A stretch of 14,363 bases of DNA from Myxococcota bacterium. GTDB lineage: Bacteria; Myxococcota; JACRCW01. The notes below the pieces were generated by a model. That model had not been told where the DNA came from. It did no database searches and saw nothing but the letters and a program-made list of their open reading frames with translations. Each line of letters opens with the position of its first letter. Position 1 is the stretch's first letter. Positions 7,753-14,363 of this stretch are shown in pieces. The DNA lies in the NCBI GenBank assembly GCA_040752415.1, contig JBFMGU010000267.1, positions 1 through 14,363 of the forward strand. The letters run 5' to 3'. The translations under genes were made by a program, and so were the position numbers.

Positions 7753-7952
7753 GGGGCGCGCCCCGGCCCGGTCCGAGGGGTCTCCGGTCGCCATGTCATG
7801 TGCGAGCTGACAAATGTCATGTGCGAGCTGACAAATGTCATGTGCGAGCTGACAAATGTCATGTGCGAGCTGACAAATGTCATGTGCGAGCTGACAAATG
7901 TCATGTGCGAGCTGACGTGCCCCGCAAAGGGGAGGGGTGAGCCGGTCATCAT
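7749..7952 (-). CDS. Candidate 67-aa repeat peptide MMTGSPLPFAGH(VSSHMTF)5VSSHMTWRPETPRTGPGRAP
   Basis: GGAG lies 7 nt before ATG 7952, which is 4 nt after the upstream stop. Its TGA overlaps the HTH gene ATG (ATGA). No homology evidence. Confidence 0.3.
   Translation of the reverse strand: MMTGSPLPFAGHVSSHMTFVSSHMTFVSSHMTFVSSHMTFVSSHMTFVSSHMTWRPETPRTGPGRAP
7793..7916. repeat. Perfect 21-bp tandem repeat ATGTCATGTGCGAGCTGACAA x5 plus a 19-bp partial copy
   Basis: Units start at 7793, 7814, 7835, 7856, 7877 and 7898, with no mismatches and no spacers. Contains TGTCA-N9-TGACA within units and TGACA-AA-TGTCA across junctions. Confidence 0.98.
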
Positions 7953-7956
7953 GGCC

Positions 7957-8367
7957 CTACTCCATCCACCCGAGGCCGTCGCACCTGGGACACAGGGCGT
8001 CGAAGCGGGGGTGGCGCAGCTTGCCGCTGCCGGAGCATTGGTCGCAGTCCGGGGCTCCTTCCGCGCGCCGGGGCAGCAGCGCACCCAGCTCCGGGTACAA
8101 CGCACGACCCCACACCAGCGCGAAACGCTCCTCATCCTCGTCGTCGACTTCCCTCAACGTGGAGGGCCACGGACCGTCGCAGGCGAACTTGACCACGCGG
8201 CCCTCCCGCGTCACCGCCAGGCAGTCCGCCAGGCCCACGTAGATGGGCAGCACGTCATGCTCTTTCACCAACCCCACCATCCACGGCCACGAGCTGCGAT
8301 GCGCCTCGAGCCAAGCCTCCTGCCACTCCGAGAACCGTGGAAACCGCTGGCCAACGGGCGCTCTCAT
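7957..8367 (-). CDS. Hypothetical protein with C-terminal DnaJ-like CxxCxGxG zinc finger (136 aa)
   Basis: CDQCSGSG...CPRCDGLGW. GGAGG at 8379-8375 lies 7 nt before ATG 8367; an alternative GTG at 8373 overlaps the comM stop. Confidence 0.8.
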   Translation of the reverse strand: MRAPVGQRFPRFSEWQEAWLEAHRSSWPWMVGLVKEHDVLPIYVGLADCLAVTREGRVVKFACDGPWPSTLREVDDEDEERFALVWGRALYPELGALLPRRAEGAPDCDQCSGSGKLRHPRFDALCPRCDGLGWME

Positions 8368-8369
8368 GT

Positions 8370-9896
8370 TCACGCCTCCGCCTTGCGGTCCAGGGCCCGG
8401 TACTGCACCGCTTCCGCCACGTGGGAGCCTCGCACGTGTTCGCTCCCGTCGAGGTCCGCGATGGTCCGCGCCACCTTCAGGATGCGGTCGTGCGTGCGCG
8501 CGCTCATTCCCAGCTTGTCCACCACCATCCGCAACATGCGCCGGCCGTCCTCATCCGGTTGGCACACGCGACGCACCATGGCCGCCGCCATCTGCGCGTT
8601 GCAGTGCACGTGCGGCGCGTCCTTGAACCGCTCCCGCTGGATGCGGCGACACTTCTCCACGCGCGCCCGCACCGTGGCCGAGCTCTCCCCGCGCTGGCCC
8701 TCCAGGTCCGTGGAGCGCACCGGCGGGACCTCCACGTGCAGGTCAATGCGGTCCATCAGCGGGCCGCTCAGGCGCGCGCGGTAGTTGGTCACGTCCGGTG
8801 GTCGACACGTGCAGCGACGACGGGGATCCGTCAGGTGCCCGCACGGACACGGGTTCATGGCCGCCACCAGCACGCAGCGCGCGGGGTAGGTGATGCTCAT
8901 GACCGCACGGCTCACCGTCACACGCCCCTCCTCCAGCGGCTGGCGCAACGCCTCCAACGCCGAGCGGCGGAACTGCGGAACCTCGTCCAGGAACAACACG
9001 CCGTGGTGCGCCAGGGAAACCTCCCCGGGACGCGGCGGTGAGCCGCCACCGCACAACGCCACGTCGGAGGCGGTGGAGTGCGGAGCGCGGAAGGGGCGCT
9101 GTCGCAGCAAGCCGTCCCCGGGCGGGACCAGCCCCATCACGCTGTAGACCTTGGTGGCCGCCAGCGCCTCGTCAAAGCTCATGGACGGCAGCAGCGTGGC
9201 CAGCCGCTGGGCCAGCATGGTCTTGCCGCTTCCCGGCGGGCCCACCATCAGCAGGTTGTGACCACCCGCCGCCGCCACCTCCAGCGACCTCTTGGCGTGG
9301 TGCTGACCGTGCACATCCGCCAGGTCGACGCCGAGGTCGTGATGGCGCGCGTCGGGGATGTTGTGCGGCACCACCGGGAGCTCCCGCATGCCCGCAAGGT
9401 GCTCGATGGCTTCTCGCAACGTGGCCACCGGACGCACCCGCACGCCCTGCACCACCGCGGCCTCCGCGCAGCTCTGCGGCGGTAGCAGGAGGTCCCGGAT
9501 GCCGCGGTCGCGCGCCAGCACCGCCAGCGGCAACGCACCCTTGATGGGCCGCAGCTCCCCCGTCAGCGAGAGCTCCCCCGCCGCCATCATCTTGTCCATG
9601 GCCCCTTCCGACACCGCGCCCTGCGCCGCCATCAGACCCAACGCGAGGGGCAGGTCGAAGGCGCTGCCGTCCTTGCGGATGTCTGCGGGCGCCAGGTTCA
9701 CCGTGATGCGTTTGAGCGGGAATTGAGCACCGGAGGCCTTCAACGCGCTCTCCACGCGCACCTTGCTCTCCTTCACCGCTCCCTCGGGCAACCCCACCGT
9801 CACGAAGTAGGGAGACCCATTGGCCATGTCGACTTCCACCGCCACCGGAATGGCGTCCACGCCGACGATTGCTCCACTCCACACCGTGCTTTGCAT
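8370..9896 (-). CDS. comM: YifB/ComM family Mg-chelatase-like AAA+ ATPase (competence helicase ComM)
   Basis: VGLPEGAVKESKVRV, RITVNLAPADIRKDGSAFDLPLALG, GELSLTG, Walker A GPPGSGKT, PGEVSLAHHGVLFLDE, AAMNPCPCG, SGPLMDRID, SARTHDRILKVARTIADL. Start ATG 9896 (MQSTVWSGAIVGVDA); the track's TTG 9926 falls within the promoter motif. Confidence 0.95.
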   Translation of the reverse strand: MQSTVWSGAIVGVDAIPVAVEVDMANGSPYFVTVGLPEGAVKESKVRVESALKASGAQFPLKRITVNLAPADIRKDGSAFDLPLALGLMAAQGAVSEGAMDKMMAAGELSLTGELRPIKGALPLAVLARDRGIRDLLLPPQSCAEAAVVQGVRVRPVATLREAIEHLAGMRELPVVPHNIPDARHHDLGVDLADVHGQHHAKRSLEVAAAGGHNLLMVGPPGSGKTMLAQRLATLLPSMSFDEALAATKVYSVMGLVPPGDGLLRQRPFRAPHSTASDVALCGGGSPPRPGEVSLAHHGVLFLDEVPQFRRSALEALRQPLEEGRVTVSRAVMSITYPARCVLVAAMNPCPCGHLTDPRRRCTCRPPDVTNYRARLSGPLMDRIDLHVEVPPVRSTDLEGQRGESSATVRARVEKCRRIQRERFKDAPHVHCNAQMAAAMVRRVCQPDEDGRRMLRMVVDKLGMSARTHDRILKVARTIADLDGSEHVRGSHVAEAVQYRALDRKAEA

Positions 9897-9909
9897 GCCG
9901 CACGCGCAG

Positions 9910-9926
9910 AGCAAGGTGCACGCCAA
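9910..9926 (-). promoter_or_regulatory. Putative sigma54 (-24/-12) promoter for comM
   Basis: Minus strand reads TTGGCGTGCACCTTGCT versus consensus YTGGCACGNNNNTTGCW; exact GG-N10-GC spacing and perfect TTGCT. Confidence 0.7.
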
Positions 9927-9980
9927 GGCGAAAGAGCCCGCATTTCCGAGGAGAGCACACGGACGGGCCCGCGCGGGAGG

Positions 9981-10017
9981 TGTCTGAATTTCAGACAGGG
10001 TGTCCGAATGCCGGACA
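9981..10017. promoter_or_regulatory. Tandem palindromic operators (TGT-N11-ACA); candidate enhancer-binding-protein UAS
   Basis: TGTCTGAA-T-TTCAGACA (9981-9997, perfect 8-bp arms) and TGTCCG-AATGC-CGGACA (10001-10017), 20 bp apart, forming a 20-bp direct repeat. Confidence 0.7.
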
Positions 10018-10034
10018 GGTGCGAGGTGAATCCG

Positions 10035-10051
10035 CTGGCACGTTCCCGGCT
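10035..10051 (+). promoter_or_regulatory. Possible divergent sigma54 promoter for the small membrane protein/amidohydrolase genes
   Basis: CTGGCACGTTCCCGGCT: perfect -24 element TGGCACG and GG-N10-GC spacing, but degenerate -12 (CGGCT). Confidence 0.45.
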
Positions 10052-10073
10052 CTCATGGGGAGGAGCCGCGGAC

Positions 10074-10322
10074 ATGGTCCGTTCCCCATCCACTCCCAAC
10101 CCGTGTCCGGCGGTGGTGCCGTGGTTGGTGGCGTCGCTGACCCTGGGGTTGGCGCCGTTCACGCCCGAGCCCCACCTCCTGGGCAAGCTGCGCTGGGTGG
10201 CGGGCGGCGCCGTGGGCATGGGCGCCACGGACTGGTTTGACCTGGTCCTGCATGGCGCGCCGTGGGCGGGACTGCTGGTGATGCTGGCCCGCGCGCTCCG
10301 CGCTCGTTGGAGCGGCGGGTGA
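10074..10322 (+). CDS. Small two-helix membrane protein (82 aa), LGLAPFxPEPH family
   Basis: GGGAGGAG RBS before ATG 10074. Contains LTLGLAPFTPEPHLLGKLRWVAGGAVGMGATDWFDLVLHGAPW, a pattern I recognise from a widespread uncharacterised small-protein family. Confidence 0.8.
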   Translation: MVRSPSTPNPCPAVVPWLVASLTLGLAPFTPEPHLLGKLRWVAGGAVGMGATDWFDLVLHGAPWAGLLVMLARALRARWSGG

Positions 10323-10355
10323 CCGGCGGAAGGCGCACCTGCTAAGCGGGACGAC

Positions 10356-11741
10356 ATGCGCCTGCTTCTCCTGTCCACGCTCGTCGTTGCGCTGCTTCCG
10401 GGGTGCGGCCATGAGTTCGTCAGCCTGCCCTCGTCACGGCCCACACTGGTGATCCGCGGGGTCGCGGTGTTGGATGCACCGGGCGCGGCGCTGAAGCCGG
10501 GAGTGTGGGACGTGGAGGTGAAGGAGGGGCGCATCCACGCGTTGCTCCCGACGGGGCAGGGGCAGGGAGAGCGGGTGGTGGAGGGCGCGGGGGCCACGCT
10601 GCTGCCGGGACTCATTGACCTGCACACGCACTGCAGCGGCGGCTCCAATCCGCCCTGGGTCAGCGTCCTCCCCGACGAGAAGGGGAACCTCACCGCGTTC
10701 CTCTACGCCGGCGTCACCACGGTTCTCGACGTGGGCAACCTGCACCCGGACATCTTCACGCTGCGCCAGCAGCTGCGGGAGGGGCGCGTGCTGGGGCCGA
10801 ACCTGTACGCCGCCGGTCCACTCATCACCACCACGGGAGGCCATCCGCTGGTCCTCCTGGACGAGTTGATGCCGAGCCTGCTGCGGTGGTGGCTGGCGCC
10901 CAAGCTCGCCGCGGTGGTGGATGCGCCGGAGGCCGCCCGGGGCGTGGTGGAGGGGATCGCGGTGCACAAGCCGGACGTGCTGAAGATTGCCGTGGATGAG
11001 CTGCCCGCGGGCGCCACCCGCGTGCGCGCCGACGTCATTGCCGCCATCACCGCCGCGGGGCACGCGCAGGGGATCCGCAGCGTGGCGCACGTGGGACGCT
11101 CCGTGGACGCGGTGGATGCGGTGCGCAACGGCGTGGATGCGTTGGTGCACGGCGTCTACACCGAGGAGATCTCCGACGAGGCGGTGAACGTGCTGGCGGA
11201 GCGCAAGACGCCGGTGGCGCTGACCATCAGCGTCTTTGACGCGGTGGCCCGGTTTGCCGCCAGCACACCCCCCGCCCTCTCGCCGCTGGAGCGCGAGGTG
11301 GCCCCACCCGCCGTGGCGGAGGGCCTGTACCCGGTGCCGGAGAGCTACCGGGAGAACATCATGAGCGGCTGGATCAAGACGGTGGCCGCGGCGCACGCCG
11401 CCCGACGGAAGAATGTGCAGAAGATGCGTGCCGCGGGCATCCCCATCCTGGTGGGCACCGACAGTCCCAACGTGGGCAACTTTCCGGGCGCGGCGGTGCA
11501 CGTGGAGATGCAGAAGATGGTGGAAGCGGGGATGACGCCGGGGGAGGTGCTCAAGGCCGCCACGCACGACAACGCGCGCTTCCTCTCCGGCGAGACCGCC
11601 GACTACGGCGAGGTGGCTCCGGGAAAGCGCGCCGACCTGCTGCTGGTGGAAGGCGACCCCACCGCCGACATCCACCAGACCGAGCGCATCCGCGCGGTCA
11701 TCAAGGACGGCGTGGTGCTGGAGCGACACCTGCGAAGATAG
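10356..11741 (+). CDS. Metal-dependent amidohydrolase family lipoprotein
   Basis: Lipobox LPG-C. TLLPGLIDLHTH (HxH), GVTTVLDVG, VLKIA, VAHVG, LVHGV, VGTDS, GKRADLLLVEGDP. Confidence 0.9.
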   Translation: MRLLLLSTLVVALLPGCGHEFVSLPSSRPTLVIRGVAVLDAPGAALKPGVWDVEVKEGRIHALLPTGQGQGERVVEGAGATLLPGLIDLHTHCSGGSNPPWVSVLPDEKGNLTAFLYAGVTTVLDVGNLHPDIFTLRQQLREGRVLGPNLYAAGPLITTTGGHPLVLLDELMPSLLRWWLAPKLAAVVDAPEAARGVVEGIAVHKPDVLKIAVDELPAGATRVRADVIAAITAAGHAQGIRSVAHVGRSVDAVDAVRNGVDALVHGVYTEEISDEAVNVLAERKTPVALTISVFDAVARFAASTPPALSPLEREVAPPAVAEGLYPVPESYRENIMSGWIKTVAAAHAARRKNVQKMRAAGIPILVGTDSPNVGNFPGAAVHVEMQKMVEAGMTPGEVLKAATHDNARFLSGETADYGEVAPGKRADLLLVEGDPTADIHQTERIRAVIKDGVVLERHLRR

Positions 11742-11744
11742 TCA

Positions 11745-13283
11745 TCACGCCGCGTGGGCCTGGCCCTTTTCCGCCACGGCGTAGACCTGCACCGCCTTCA
11801 TGCGCCCGCGCACCGGCAGCGACTCCAGCGCCTGCAGCTTGAAGCGTCCCTCGACGAGCTGGGCGGTGCTCTCACTGATCAGGATGCGGTGCCCCACCGT
11901 CTTGGTCATCCCCTCCAGGCGGCTGGAGAGGTTCACGGTGTCGCCAATGACGGTGTACTGCAGCCGTTGCGTGCTGCCGATGTTGCCGGCGACGAGCTCT
12001 CCGGTGTGGATGCCGATGCCGATGTCGATGGGGGGCTCACCGGCGGCGGCGCGCTCCCGGTTGAGCTCGGCCAGGCGCTCACTCATGCGCAGCGCACACG
12101 AGACGGCGGCCACCGCGTCCTCGCGCGGACTGCCCTGGCTCACCGGCGCGCCAAAGACGGCCATCACCGCGTCGCCAATGAACTTGTCCAACGTGCCGCG
12201 GTGCGTGATGACGCAGTCCACCATCAGGTCCAGGTAGCGGTTGAGGAACGCCACCACCTGCTCCGGCGCCATCTCCTCGCTCATGCGGGTGAAGCCGCGG
12301 ATGTCGGAGAAGAGGACGGTGGCGGTGCGTCGCTCCCCGCCCAGCGCAATCCGCCCCGCCAGGATCTCATTGGCCACCTCCCGCGCCACGTAGCGGCCAA
12401 ACGTCTCCCGCAGGAACTCCCGCTGCTTGAGCCCCTCCACCATGTGATTGAAGCTCGACGACAACAGGCCAAAGGTGTCCAGGCCGTAGATCCGCGCGCG
12501 CGTGTCCAGCTTCCCCGCGCCAATGGCTTCCGTGCAGGTCATGAGGTGGCCAATGGGGCGGGAGACGCAGGTCAACACGCCGCCGGTCTGCAGCGCGGCG
12601 AGCAGAAACACGAAGACGTACAGGTAGGGCACCAGCCAGGGATGGGACTGGGGCACGCTGGAGAGCGCCTGGATGCACAGCGGGAAGATGAGCCCGTACA
12701 TCAGCACCAGCAGCGTGATGTGGTGGAACGCGCGCAGCGGCAGGAAGGGCTGCAGGTGGGCCAGGGATCCGTGGGCGAGCAGGATGGGCGCGATGTTGCG
12801 TCGCACCAGGATCAGGAACGCGTAGAAGGTCAGCGCGCTGGCCGCCACGCCCAGGCACGCGGCGCCCAGCACGGTCTCCAGGCGGATGTACTTGTTGACG
12901 GTTGATTGCAGGATGGACGCGGTGACGGGAAAGAGCAGCACCGAGAGAAGCCAGTTCACCAGCGTGGCAGCGGTGGCGGGATAGGCCACGCTTAGCGCCT
13001 TCTTCACGTCCAGGGCGGGGAGCGAGTCCGGCGGCGTTCCCGCGTCGAGCGCGGCCTGGAGACGACGCAGCGGGCGCAGGGCCAGCCGCAGCACCGCCAC
13101 CAGGCTCACCATGCCCACCGCCATGATGCCCACGCCGTAGAGGATGGTGAAGCGAAGCGGTCCATCCGGGACCTTGGCCATGGCGAGCGCGAGGTAGCCG
13201 AACAGGCCCAGGGTCACCGAGGCGTTGACGGCCTGGTGCGTGGCAAGCAGGGTCCGGAAGCCGGGCAGCCGGGGCGGATTCAT
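11745..13283 (-). CDS. Membrane-bound HAMP-domain class III adenylate cyclase
   Basis: Multiple N-terminal TM helices; HAMP region SRPIGHL...FGLLSSSFNHMVEGL; catalytic motifs FSDIRGFT, DKFIGDAVMAVFGAP, GIGIHTG, YTVIGDTVNLSSRLE. Lys/Thr substrate pair indicates class IIIb, ATP-specific. Confidence 0.92.
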   Translation of the reverse strand: MNPPRLPGFRTLLATHQAVNASVTLGLFGYLALAMAKVPDGPLRFTILYGVGIMAVGMVSLVAVLRLALRPLRRLQAALDAGTPPDSLPALDVKKALSVAYPATAATLVNWLLSVLLFPVTASILQSTVNKYIRLETVLGAACLGVAASALTFYAFLILVRRNIAPILLAHGSLAHLQPFLPLRAFHHITLLVLMYGLIFPLCIQALSSVPQSHPWLVPYLYVFVFLLAALQTGGVLTCVSRPIGHLMTCTEAIGAGKLDTRARIYGLDTFGLLSSSFNHMVEGLKQREFLRETFGRYVAREVANEILAGRIALGGERRTATVLFSDIRGFTRMSEEMAPEQVVAFLNRYLDLMVDCVITHRGTLDKFIGDAVMAVFGAPVSQGSPREDAVAAVSCALRMSERLAELNRERAAAGEPPIDIGIGIHTGELVAGNIGSTQRLQYTVIGDTVNLSSRLEGMTKTVGHRILISESTAQLVEGRFKLQALESLPVRGRMKAVQVYAVAEKGQAHAA

Positions 13284-13400
13284 GTGGCACGACGCTATCG
13301 CGCACGGACGCGCGCCTCCAAGCAGCCCAGCGGTGCCGTGGCCTGGGGCAGTCAGCGTCTTCCGCCCCGTGGCAAATCCGCGCTAGGACCGGTCCGACGC

Positions 13401-14231
13401 ATGACCGCAAGACCCCGCCTGCTGGCCCTGGACCTGGATGGCACGTTGCTGCGCCGCGACGGCACGGTGGACCCCCGCGACGTGGAGGCCATCCGCCGCG
13501 CCCGCCACGCCGGCATCCACGTGACGCTGGCCACGGGGCGGCTGGTGCACGGCACCTTGGACACCGCGCGCACGCTGGCGCTGGAGGGCAGCCTGGTGTG
13601 TGGGGATGGCGCCACCATCGTGGACGCGGTGACGGCGGAAATCCGGCACGCCGAGCCGGTGGACACCCGGACCACGGTGGGGATCCTGGAGACGCTGCGC
13701 GCGCACGGCGCGGTGGCCTTCGTGCTGTGCCACGGCGAGGTTCACGCCGACGAAGAAGGCCGGCGCTTTGACCGCTGGGTGCGCATCTGGAGCGAGCGCG
13801 TGCACTACCACGTCAGGCTGGAGCAGGCCGGCGAGTGGCAGCGCGAGGGTGCCGTGGCCATGACGCTGGGACTGGGTTCCGAGTCCGTCATCAACGCCGC
13901 GCACGCGACGATGGAGACCCGGTGGTCCGGTCACATCCACAACACGCGCTTTCCGTTCAGCGACGTGCACGCCGTGCGCACGTACCGCGCCGGCTGCAGC
14001 AAGGGCTCCGCGCTGGAACGCGTGGCAACCGAGCTGGGCGTGGAGCGCGCAGCGCGGGTGGCCGTGGGGGACTGGTACAACGACGTGTCCATGTTCGAGT
14101 GGGCCGGGCGCTCCTTTGCCATGGGGGGCGCGCCGGAGTCCGTGCGGGCCGCGGCCACCGACGGGCTGCAGGCCATGGCCGGGACCGGCGGCGGCGTCGC
14201 GGAAGCCATCCACAAGCTCCTGGACGTCTAA
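13401..14231 (+). CDS. Cof-type HAD-IIB family phosphatase
   Basis: LLALDLDGTLL (motif I), LATGR (II), SKGSAL (III), VGDWYNDVSMF (IV). Start ATG 13401. Confidence 0.9.
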   Translation: MTARPRLLALDLDGTLLRRDGTVDPRDVEAIRRARHAGIHVTLATGRLVHGTLDTARTLALEGSLVCGDGATIVDAVTAEIRHAEPVDTRTTVGILETLRAHGAVAFVLCHGEVHADEEGRRFDRWVRIWSERVHYHVRLEQAGEWQREGAVAMTLGLGSESVINAAHATMETRWSGHIHNTRFPFSDVHAVRTYRAGCSKGSALERVATELGVERAARVAVGDWYNDVSMFEWAGRSFAMGGAPESVRAAATDGLQAMAGTGGGVAEAIHKLLDV

Positions 14232-14363
14232 GTACGTGGCCAGAAGTTCTTTCACATGTGGAGGAGCTCCGGTGAGCCCGGACAGCCCGAGCCAAAGCGG
14301 TATTTCAGACCGCACTCCCAAAGGTGCGGGCGGCCGCGCGTCCGTTCTTCGTCAGAGCGCCCG

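Noticed and set aside
7793..7916. CRISPR array interpretation of the 21-bp repeat
   Set aside because: Units are directly adjacent with no unique spacers, and there are no cas genes in the window.
7534..8784. 416-aa + strand ORF containing (MCELTNV)n
   Set aside because: Antisense to three better supported genes (HTH, Zn-finger, comM); the remainder reads as shadow sequence.
13285..13301. TGGCACG upstream of the HAD gene as a sigma54 promoter
   Set aside because: No GC at the required -12 position (reads TGGCACGACGCTATC).
10434..14321. Long ORFs 10434..11729(-), 11754..12905(+), 12367..13410(-) and 13383..14321(-)
   Set aside because: Shadow or alternative-frame ORFs over the amidohydrolase, cyclase and HAD genes.
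14297..14329. Overlapping alternative hairpins GCGGT/ACCGC and CCGCAC/GTGCGG after the HAD gene
   Set aside because: Stems are only 5-6 bp in GC-rich DNA and the downstream context is cut by the window edge.

Overview
GC-rich bacterial chromosomal window; the gene content and style suggest Myxococcota/deltaproteobacteria (inference). From left to right it holds: a peptidoglycan-remodelling pair on the minus strand (dacB/PBP4 coupled to an MltD-like lytic transglycosylase-LysM gene that runs off the left edge and is missing from the ORF track); a divergent operon of a membrane-anchored CE4 polysaccharide deacetylase with a long Pro/Ala repeat region plus two small exported proteins; a stand-alone PilZ gene; a minus-strand comM (YifB) operon; a small membrane protein and an amidohydrolase lipoprotein; a membrane HAMP-class III adenylate cyclase; and a Cof-type HAD phosphatase. 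The most unusual part is 7258-10051. comM sits behind a sigma54-type promoter with a tandem pair of TGT-N11-ACA palindromes. Instead of an intact dprA, it is followed by a zinc-finger protein gene, a perfect 21-bp x ~6 internally palindromic tandem array (readable as a translationally coupled (VSSHMTF)n peptide), and a YozG-like HTH protein fused to a DprA-type winged helix. All family assignments come from motif recognition by eye; no searches were run.
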